A DNA stretch of 42,142 bases from Thermoanaerobaculia bacterium (lineage in GTDB: Bacteria > Acidobacteriota > Thermoanaerobaculia > UBA5066 > Gp7-AA6). The DNA is taken from assembly GCA_035259605.1 (NCBI GenBank), contig DATFWF010000056.1, positions 1 to 42,142 of the forward strand, written 5' to 3'. The notes under the pieces are model-generated. The model was not told where the DNA came from and did no database searches. It worked only from the letters and a program-made list of their open reading frames with translations. Below are positions 25,899-33,043 of this stretch, in pieces (the first letter of the stretch is position 1; each line of letters begins with the position of its first letter). The position numbers and the translations under genes were made by a program.

Positions 25899-26717
25899 AT
25901 TCCGACGATCCCGGTCAAGGGAATCGAGCTCTACTACGAGACCCTGGGCGAGGGAGAGCCGCTCCTGCTCCTCGCGGGCTTCGGATGCGATCCGTCTTTC
26001 TGGGAGCCGGTCGCCGCGCCGCTCGCGGAGCGGTACCGCCTGATCCTCCCGGACAACCGCGGATCGGGGCGGACGAGGTCGGCGGGAAGCTTCACCGCGC
26101 GGGATCTCGCGCAGGACGCGGCGGCCCTGCTCGACGCGCTCGGCGTCGCGAAGGCGCGCGTCGCCGGTCATTCCTTCGGCGGCCAGATCGCGCAGGAGCT
26201 GGCGATCGGTCACCCCGAACGCGTCGCGAGCCTCGCGCTTCTCTCGACGAGCGCCCGGTCGAGCCGCAGGCTGAAGGAGGTTGTCGAGGCCGCCGCGAAG
26301 CTTCCCGCGAGCGCTCCTCCGGAGATCTGCTGTCGGGCCTTCCTCGCGTGGATCTTCACCGAGAAGTTCTTCGAGACCCCGGGCGCGGTCGAAGCTTCTC
26401 TCTCGCGCACTCTCGGCAATCCCCATCCCCCGACGCTCGAGGGACTGGCGGCCCAGGCCGAGGCGATCGGCGCCTTCGACGCGGCCGATCGCGTCGGGGC
26501 GATCCGCTGCCCGACGCTGGTGCTTTCCGGCGCCGCGGACGCTCTCGTCCCTCCGGACCACGCCCGCGAAATCGCCGCGCGAATTCGAGGATCGAGCCTC
26601 GTTCTTCTCGCGCGGGGAGCCCACGACCTGATCCACGAGATCCCCGAAGAGGTCACTGGCGCGCTCCTGGCCTTTTTCGTTGGCAGCTTGACAACTCCTG
26701 CACGTTCCTTTATTTAG
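25899..26717 (+). CDS. Alpha/beta-fold hydrolase with a non-canonical start codon (ATT 25899 or ATC 25896)
   Basis: Frame 3 reads (I)IPTIPVKGIELYYETLGEGEPLLLLAGFG...VAGHSFGGQIA (elbow at 26166-26183)...LVLSGAADALVP...GAHDLIHE to TAG 26715-26717. GGAGG lies at 25889-25893. The first ATG/GTG/TTG in this frame is GTG 26520 (track ORF 26520..26717). Confidence 0.7.
   Translation: MPTIPVKGIELYYETLGEGEPLLLLAGFGCDPSFWEPVAAPLAERYRLILPDNRGSGRTRSAGSFTARDLAQDAAALLDALGVAKARVAGHSFGGQIAQELAIGHPERVASLALLSTSARSSRRLKEVVEAAAKLPASAPPEICCRAFLAWIFTEKFFETPGAVEASLSRTLGNPHPPTLEGLAAQAEAIGAFDAADRVGAIRCPTLVLSGAADALVPPDHAREIAARIRGSSLVLLARGAHDLIHEIPEEVTGALLAFFVGSLTTPARSFI
26688..26716 (+). promoter_or_regulatory. Near-consensus sigma70-type promoter for the Cys-rich protein / BBP7 operon
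   Basis: TTGACA (26688-26693), a 17-nt spacer, then TATTTA (26711-26716), inside the last codons of the hydrolase gene. AGGAG lies at 26781-26785 and the ATG at 26794. Confidence 0.55.
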
Positions 26718-26793
26718 GTGTCACCGAGCGATTGAAGGAACTCCCGCTGGCGGCCATGCTGTCTGAACTTTTGTCTGCAAAGGAGACTGGCCG

Positions 26794-29181
26794 ATGAAGC
26801 GCACGGGTATCGCGGTCCTGCTCTTGGGTTTGGGTCTCGGCCTCTCGGTGAAGCCGGCGTCGGCGCAGAGCGACGACAAGTTCCAGCGGTTCATCCGGAT
26901 TCACAACTCGCTGGACGTTACGGTTTATCCGGTCATCCAGTCGCCGCAGGATGCCCCCGACAAGCCCAACGCGAAGCCGGCAAACTGCGGCACCGGCGGG
27001 CACCTCCGGATCATCGTCAACAACGGGCAGGAGGGCGCGGGGATCAAGAAGGGGGAGACCGTCACCGTCAAGATCCCCAAGGACGTGCCGTGCGCGATCG
27101 GCGGCTTCTACGACGCCTCGAGGATCTACATCCTGAACGCCAACTTCGACTCGTTCGAGAAGCTCCTGAACGAGAACCAGAAGACCCAGCGCTACCCCGG
27201 CTGGGATTACACGAAATACAACCCCTGCGTCGGCTGCTACGTTGGCAAGTCGAGCGCGGACTATGGACACGACGCCCCGGGGCAGCTGCTCGAGTACACG
27301 ATCATTTCCCAGAATCCGGCCACCGGAGACAAGTTCGACGATCCGAACAACACGAGCGGGACCCCGCTGCTCGACTTCGACGTGTCGTACGTGGACGACG
27401 CCTACCTTCCCGTCGCGATGGCCATCGACGACACCGGCGCGACGCAGTTCATGGGAAGCACCTTGAAGTTCGACACGTTCAAGGACAGGCTCACGCAGTT
27501 CTTGACCGACGGAAAATGGTCGCGCTACGCCGCCTACGCGCCGGTGAACTGGGCGGACCCGAACGATTGCACCGCCGGGGTGCCGGGCGACACCAACAAG
27601 ACGAGGTTCTCCTGCCTGGTGGCGAGGATCGACCGCATGCCGTCGGCGAACATCCTGATCATCAACGCCCAGACGGGCGGGACCTCCTCCTTCTATCGGC
27701 CGGCGTGGGACGGCAAGTCGAGAGTGGAATGCAATGCCGCCCTGACGGCGGACCCGGGCGCTAACCTGAAGTGCTCGACCCTGCGGCCGGACGGCGACGG
27801 GCTGACGAGCGGAAACTGCTGTCCGGACAATCAGAAACCCCCCTTCATGCAGGGCTGCTGCGACCTGGAGAAGTTCCTGATCGACAACACGCACCGCAGG
27901 TTCATCCCGGCCAGCAAGGCCTTCAAGCTGAGCAACGACACCCTGGATAATGCCGTGAACCAGTTCCGGAAATGGCAGGGCGCCTCGGTGACGCCCTGCC
28001 GCGGCGCCTCGGAGGCCATCACCTTCGCGGCCGTCAAGGATCCGAAGTTCTTCTGCGACTCCTTCAAGAAGACCGTGGATTTCGTCTGGAAGGAGTTTCT
28101 ACCGCAGTGTGCCAGCCGCGGCGACGCGCAGGACCGGTGCGTCACCGCCGCGATCATCGGCTACGACCTGAAGAACTCGAGCTTCGATCCCTCCATCTGC
28201 AAGTGCCCGAGCGAGGACGAAGCCAAGTGCCCCCGCTCCTGCGCCCTGGAGTCGCAGAGGAACGCCTCCGTCCAGGCGCTGATGCGTGGACTTCCGTGGG
28301 TCCCTCCCGGCGATCCGGCGACCTGCGTGCCCGTGTGCCCCGACGCGAAGACCTGCCCGACCTCCTGCATCCTTCCGATCACGCCTTCGGCCTCGGCCCG
28401 GCAATACAACATGGACAAGTACCTCCACTTCTGGGCCGACTACGGCAACGTCTACAACCTGAATCCCTTCGCGCGCTTTGTGCACAACTACACCAACGGG
28501 CTGGCCGCCCCGGGGGCCTACTCGTTCTCGATCGACGACTTCTACGGGAACTTCGGCGGGCCGGGCTCGACCCTGCTGATCGATGTCGGGGATTTTCAGT
28601 CCCTGCCGAACAAGGAGCCCTTCGATCCGTATAAGCAGTACAGCGTGGGATTCGGGACGGGTTGGCACCATGGCTCCGTCTGCGGCCGGGACGCGTTCCT
28701 GCCGGCGGCGGCGCCCGCCAACGTGGGCTTGAACGCCCCGTTCTCGTTCTGGAAGAACGGCAGCCAGGGCTCGGTGTGCGAAGTGCGCGCCTACGCGACC
28801 GCGGACACGTCGAAGTACATCGCCTTCCAGCTCAAGGAAGTGCCGGTGACTGCCGTGGACCTTTACACGGGGGAGTCGCACACGGCCTACGGGTTGAGCG
28901 GCGTTTTCGCCAACCGGGGCTTCCCAGGAGAGGTTCCGGACGAGAACGACTACTGCAAGAGGATGTCCACCGACACGGACCTCGTTGCCAAGGGGTTCTG
29001 CAAGGCCAACCTCTCGGCGGGGAAGTTGAACCTCGACTACGTCGGAGTCTCGGACGACGCGTGCAAGGGCAAGCCCAACGTGGCCGATTGCGGAAAGCCG
29101 CTGGTGAACCTGAACATGCAGGCGCTGAAGCCGGTTCCCCCGAGTGCGCCGCAGGACCTCGACACTCAGTCGCCGAATTGA
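26794..29181 (+). CDS. Secreted 795-aa cysteine-rich protein of unknown function, with possible thaumatin/GH64-like core motifs
   Basis: Signal peptide MKRTGIAVLLLGLGLGLSVKPASA. I counted 30 Cys, including clusters NCCPD, GCCDL, CKCPSEDEAKCPRSC and CVPVCPDAKTCPTSC. Motifs FIRIHNSLDVTVYPV, LLDFDVSYVDDAYLPVAM and GAYSFSIDDFYG. Confidence 0.8.
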   Translation: MKRTGIAVLLLGLGLGLSVKPASAQSDDKFQRFIRIHNSLDVTVYPVIQSPQDAPDKPNAKPANCGTGGHLRIIVNNGQEGAGIKKGETVTVKIPKDVPCAIGGFYDASRIYILNANFDSFEKLLNENQKTQRYPGWDYTKYNPCVGCYVGKSSADYGHDAPGQLLEYTIISQNPATGDKFDDPNNTSGTPLLDFDVSYVDDAYLPVAMAIDDTGATQFMGSTLKFDTFKDRLTQFLTDGKWSRYAAYAPVNWADPNDCTAGVPGDTNKTRFSCLVARIDRMPSANILIINAQTGGTSSFYRPAWDGKSRVECNAALTADPGANLKCSTLRPDGDGLTSGNCCPDNQKPPFMQGCCDLEKFLIDNTHRRFIPASKAFKLSNDTLDNAVNQFRKWQGASVTPCRGASEAITFAAVKDPKFFCDSFKKTVDFVWKEFLPQCASRGDAQDRCVTAAIIGYDLKNSSFDPSICKCPSEDEAKCPRSCALESQRNASVQALMRGLPWVPPGDPATCVPVCPDAKTCPTSCILPITPSASARQYNMDKYLHFWADYGNVYNLNPFARFVHNYTNGLAAPGAYSFSIDDFYGNFGGPGSTLLIDVGDFQSLPNKEPFDPYKQYSVGFGTGWHHGSVCGRDAFLPAAAPANVGLNAPFSFWKNGSQGSVCEVRAYATADTSKYIAFQLKEVPVTAVDLYTGESHTAYGLSGVFANRGFPGEVPDENDYCKRMSTDTDLVAKGFCKANLSAGKLNLDYVGVSDDACKGKPNVADCGKPLVNLNMQALKPVPPSAPQDLDTQSPN

Positions 29182-29200
29182 GAGGAGTCGGTTTCTTGCC

Positions 29201-30367
29201 ATGAACTACTGCACGATCGGGGCCCTGTCGCTCCTGCTTCTGGCGTGCGCCGCCGCTTCGCCGGCGCAGACCGTCTCGACGGCGAAGACCGCGGCGAACG
29301 ACCCGTTCGCGACGCCGGAGCTGTGGATCAAGGCGGAATACCTGCACTGGTGGGTCAAGGAAGGCTCCGTGGACGTGCCGCTCATCACCGACGGCCTGGT
29401 CGGAGAGTCCACGACGCACGTCCTGCTCGGCGGCGGCGACCTGGAGAACCGGACCCACGACGGGTTCCGGGTCACGTTCGGGTACGGGTCGCACGAGAAG
29501 ATCAACTACGAAGCCAGCCTGATGGCGCTGAAGTCCAAGACCGCCAGCAACAGCGTCTCCTCGTCGGGCCAGCTCGGCTCGGTGGACCTGCTGCTTCCGT
29601 ACTTCGACGCGGTCTCGAATCGCGAAAACGTCACGGAGATCTCGCTGTCCCCTAGCTACGCGGGGGCGGCCGCGGAAGCGCTCACGCGAAACATGACCGG
29701 GGTGGAGCTCAGCTTCGTCAAGCCGTGCGACCACCGCGGGACGATGTCCCTGGATTTCGTGGGCGGCCTGCGCTGGTTCAACCTCTCCGAGAACTTCACG
29801 TTCACGACGAGCAGCCCGTTCATCCCGCCGCAGGCGGTGGACATCTGGCAGACGACCGACCGCTTCGAGACCCGCAACAACTTCTACGGCGTCCAGGGCG
29901 GAATCCGGGCGCACTGGGAGCGCGAGCGATTCCGCGTCGGGGGCGCCATCAAGCTCGGCATCGGGGGGACCGTGCAGAAAGTGGACGTGAGCGGGTTCCT
30001 CCTGACCAACGACTTCAACGGCCTGGCCACGACGCCCCAGCGTTTCGTCGGGGGGTACTTCGCCGTCCCGACCAACATCGGCTCCCGCAAGCGCGCCACG
30101 TTCGGAATCCTGCCCGAGGCGGACGTCAACCTCGATTACCGGATCACCGACTGGCTCTCGGTCGGAGCCGGCTACTCGTTCCTCTACATCAACAGCGTCG
30201 CGCGCCCCGGCGACCAGATCAACCGCACCATCAACACGACGCAGAGCGTCTCCTGGACGGGGGAGCTGAACGCGGCGCTCAAGGGCCCGGCCGAGCCGTC
30301 CTTCGACTTCCACGGCTCCAGCTTCTGGGCCCACGGCCTCAACGCGGGCCTGACCTTCCACTTCTGA
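29201..30367 (+). CDS. BBP7-family outer-membrane beta-barrel protein
   Basis: Signal peptide MNYCTIGALSLLLLACAAASPAQ. Family-like motifs KAEYLHWWVKEG..VPLIT, GGLRWFNLSENF, DRFETRNNFYGVQGG and GAGYSFLYINSVARPGDQI. C-terminal aromatic residue ...GLTFHF. The start lies 19 nt after the upstream stop. Confidence 0.7.
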   Translation: MNYCTIGALSLLLLACAAASPAQTVSTAKTAANDPFATPELWIKAEYLHWWVKEGSVDVPLITDGLVGESTTHVLLGGGDLENRTHDGFRVTFGYGSHEKINYEASLMALKSKTASNSVSSSGQLGSVDLLLPYFDAVSNRENVTEISLSPSYAGAAAEALTRNMTGVELSFVKPCDHRGTMSLDFVGGLRWFNLSENFTFTTSSPFIPPQAVDIWQTTDRFETRNNFYGVQGGIRAHWERERFRVGGAIKLGIGGTVQKVDVSGFLLTNDFNGLATTPQRFVGGYFAVPTNIGSRKRATFGILPEADVNLDYRITDWLSVGAGYSFLYINSVARPGDQINRTINTTQSVSWTGELNAALKGPAEPSFDFHGSSFWAHGLNAGLTFHF

Positions 30368-31009
30368 TCACCCGGTAACCCGGGGACGAGGAGTAGGGGA
30401 GGGCGCTCCGGGGAGGCGCTGGTTCTCGAGGAGCCGTCCGATGACGAGGCGGACGAGGGAGAAGCCGAACTCCGGGTTCTGGTAGTAGAGCTGGAGGACT
30501 TTCTCGTCGGGGATCTCGCCGACCTCGACCTCGGTCTCGCAGACCGCCGTCGCCATGCGGGCGTTCTCGGGTGCGAAGAGGCCGATCTCCCCGAGAAGCT
30601 GCCCCCGCGGGACGGCCACGCCGAGCTCCTCGAGGCGGACCGTCCCCTCGAGAACCATGTACATGCGGCTCGCCTCGTCGCCGCGCCGGAAGAGAACGTG
30701 CCCGGCGGGATATCGGTGATGGGTCATCAGCGGGATCAGCCACTCCCCGGAGATGCTCCCGGTCGAGGCGTCTTTCACGCGCCGGATCAGCGAGCGCATC
30801 TGCCGCAGCCGCAGAACGTTCAACGGAAGCAGGATCGCGTGCAGCGCGGCGATGGGGTAGAGGCGGCCCGCCAGGCCGTAGGTCAGGAAGGCGACGTTGC
30901 TCGCGATCGCCACGGACCGCAGCGGGATCATCGTTTTCATGTAGAAGGCGGAGAAGACCAGGAACGACGCGACGTAACCGGCGATCTCCACCCAGAGCGG
31001 TCGAGTCAT
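30368..31009 (-). CDS. Membrane-anchored cyclic-nucleotide-binding (CAP_ED) domain protein
   Basis: GGAGG lies 6 nt before ATG 31009 (MTRPLWVEIAGYV...). Three hydrophobic helices in the first ~75 aa. The cNMP-binding core is FRRGDEASRMYMVLEGTVRL...GEIGLF...RMATAVCETEVEV. The track start at 31045 is probably an over-extension. Confidence 0.75.
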   Translation of the reverse strand: MTRPLWVEIAGYVASFLVFSAFYMKTMIPLRSVAIASNVAFLTYGLAGRLYPIAALHAILLPLNVLRLRQMRSLIRRVKDASTGSISGEWLIPLMTHHRYPAGHVLFRRGDEASRMYMVLEGTVRLEELGVAVPRGQLLGEIGLFAPENARMATAVCETEVEVGEIPDEKVLQLYYQNPEFGFSLVRLVIGRLLENQRLPGAPSPTPRPRVTG

Positions 31010-31092
31010 CGGGACCTCCGGCGTTATGATCTCCCGCGAAAACACCCGAATCCAGAGTCGTCCCGCCCAATTCGCGGGGAAGGAGCAACGCC

Positions 31093-32442
31093 ATGCCCGG
31101 ACGCTTCGCGGCCGCGGCCGCTCTGCTGGGAATCGGACAGTTCTTGGCGGGCGGCGCGCCGGCCCTGGCAGGCGGCGACCGGGGCGAGCTGGTCCGGGTC
31201 GTCGTCGTCTCCCGGCATGGCGTGCGCGCCCCGCTCCAGAAGCCGGAGGAGCTGGCGCTCTGGGCGGACAAGGAATGGCCGGATCTCGCGGCGGACTGGC
31301 AGGTGTCCAAGCCCGGCAACCTGACGCCGACGGGCAAGGCCCTCGCGAAGCGGATGGGGGAGTATTACCGTGCGCTCCTCGCCTCCGAGGACCTCCTTCC
31401 CTCGAAAGGCTGCCCGTCCGCCGGCGATCTGTTCGTGTGGGCGGACGTGGACCAGCGAACCCTCGAGACCGGCGAGGGAATCCTCGAGGGGCTCGCCCCT
31501 TCGTGCAACGGGATCTCGGTCCACTCGCTGAACGCCGACGTGGATCCGCTCTTCCACCCGGTCAAGGCGAAGGTCTGCGCCTTCGACCGCGAGAAGACCG
31601 AGGCGGCGATTCGCGGCCGGATCGGGGACAGATTCGCGGCGGTCGAGCAGGCCGCCGGCAGCGACCTTCAGGCCCTTCAGAACGTCCTCGGTTGCTGCGG
31701 CGCGGAGCTCTGCAAGCGGTTCGGCAAGCCCGCGCCCTGCCGCCTGCAGGACCTGGGGAGCGATCTCCTCTGGAAAGAGCCCGCCGATCCGAAGAAGCAG
31801 AACGAGGCCTTTTCGCTGGAAGGGACGCTGGGGATCGCTTCGACGGCGGCCGAGGTGTTCCTGCTCGAATACGCGAGCGCGTTCCAGGGAGAGAAGTGGG
31901 GCTTCGGGAGGATCGACGAGGCGGGAATGCTCCGGCTCGGCCGCCTGCACACTCTTCTCTTCGAGACCGTGGACCGGACTCCCTACGTCGCCCGCCGCGA
32001 AGGGTCGGAGCTCTTGAACCGGGTTGCCGCGATCCTCGAGGGAAGCTGGCCGCGCCTGCCGGAGATGCCGAAGAGCGCGAAGGCCGTCTTTCTGGTCGGC
32101 CACGACACCAACATCGGCAACCTCTCGGCGATGCTCGGCGTCTCCTGGCAGCAGCCCGATTACCAGGCCAACGACACGCCGCCCGCCGGGGCCCTCGTCT
32201 TCGAGCTGCGCCGCGGCTCGGACCGGCGCAACCGCGTCTTCGTCTCCTACCTCGCGCAGTCGCCGCGGCAGATGGCGCTGAAAGCGGCGCTCGATCTCGA
32301 CCACCCGCCGCGGCGGTCCTCGCTCTTCCTCCCGGCGTGCAGCTCCTCGAGCGCGGGCTATCCCTGTTCGCTCGACTCCTTCGAGCGCCTGGTGGACCGC
32401 GCGGTGGATTCCCAGTGCCTGCGCCGCGGCGGAAGGTGGTAA
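31093..32442 (+). CDS. appA: Periplasmic histidine acid phosphatase / phytase (AppA-like)
   Basis: GAAGGAG upstream, then a signal peptide. RHGVRAP (the RHGxRxP motif), GHDTN (the HD motif), and colinearity by eye with E. coli AppA, including GCP..G...WADVDQRT..TGE and PLFHPVKAKVC. Confidence 0.85.
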   Translation: MPGRFAAAAALLGIGQFLAGGAPALAGGDRGELVRVVVVSRHGVRAPLQKPEELALWADKEWPDLAADWQVSKPGNLTPTGKALAKRMGEYYRALLASEDLLPSKGCPSAGDLFVWADVDQRTLETGEGILEGLAPSCNGISVHSLNADVDPLFHPVKAKVCAFDREKTEAAIRGRIGDRFAAVEQAAGSDLQALQNVLGCCGAELCKRFGKPAPCRLQDLGSDLLWKEPADPKKQNEAFSLEGTLGIASTAAEVFLLEYASAFQGEKWGFGRIDEAGMLRLGRLHTLLFETVDRTPYVARREGSELLNRVAAILEGSWPRLPEMPKSAKAVFLVGHDTNIGNLSAMLGVSWQQPDYQANDTPPAGALVFELRRGSDRRNRVFVSYLAQSPRQMALKAALDLDHPPRRSSLFLPACSSSSAGYPCSLDSFERLVDRAVDSQCLRRGGRW

Positions 32443-32451
32443 GAGGGCGCC

Positions 32452-32928
32452 ATGAGCACGCTCGACGTCGGGGAGAAGGCGCCGGATTTCCAAACCGTGG
32501 ACCAGGACGGAAAGCCCGTCTCCCTGTCGGATTTCCGAGGAAGAAAGGTCGTCCTCTTCTTCTACCCGAAGGACGACACGCCCGGCTGAACGAAGGAGGC
32601 CTGCGCCTTCCGCGACGTGTTCGCGGACTTTCGAAAGAGAAACGTCGAGGTCCTCGGCGCTTCGACCGACAGCGAGAAGTCCCATCGAAAATTCGCCGAG
32701 AAGCTCAAACTGCCCTTCCGCCTCCTCGTGGACGAGGACAAGAAGATCGTCAAGGACTACGGCGTCCGGGACAAGAAGTCGCTCTACGGACGTCTCTTCC
32801 TGGGCACCCGGCGCGTGACGTACGTCATCGACGAGAAGGGAAAGATCGCGGCGGTGTGGCCGAAGGTCAAGACCGCCGACCATGCCCGCGAGGTCCTCGA
32901 CTTTCTTGACACTGGTGCCCACGCGTAG
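32452..32928 (+). CDS. bcp: Bcp/PrxQ-type peroxiredoxin with an in-frame TGA (32587-32589) at the peroxidatic Cys position. Candidate selenoprotein; the alternative is a pseudogene.
   Basis: One frame reads ...[13 protein letters not shown][TGA]TKEACAFRD...VLGASTDS...[15 protein letters not shown]...[13 protein letters not shown].... It is colinear with E. coli Bcp (FYPKAMTPGCTVQACGLRD). The track shows only the 103-aa tail, 32617..32928. Confidence 0.7.
32595..32626 (+). other. SECIS-like hairpins immediately 3' of the in-frame UGA
   Basis: GGAGGC-CUGC-GCCUUC (32595-32610) and CCGCGA-CGUGU-UCGCGG (32610-32626). The GU-containing loop lies about 30 nt after the UGA. Confidence 0.4.
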
Positions 32929-33043
32929 CCCGGCGTCCGCCCCCATTTCAGCGGGCGGAGAGGCCGCCGGGGAAAACGGAGCCTTCACGTCTTCTGAATC
33001 CGAGCTTCAGGCCGTTTTTGCCGACCCTGACCAGTCTTCCCGC

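Noticed and set aside
25815-26797. ORFs 25877..26797 (plus strand, 306 aa) and 25815..26636 (minus strand, 273 aa) over the hydrolase locus
   Set aside because: Both are Arg-rich shadows. Frame 3 contains the complete alpha/beta-hydrolase motif set even though it lacks a canonical start.
31024-32988. 654-aa minus-strand ORF across the AppA-like and bcp genes
   Set aside because: It is antisense to two genes with strong family motifs, it crosses their boundary, and it has shadow-like composition.
32882-33043. ATG 32882 as the start of the SthA-like gene
   Set aside because: It would overlap bcp by 47 nt and add a 54-aa low-complexity extension before the canonical YDLVVIGSGPAG N-terminus. 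GTG 33044 gives a family-typical N-terminus, although it lacks a clear SD, so the start remains uncertain.
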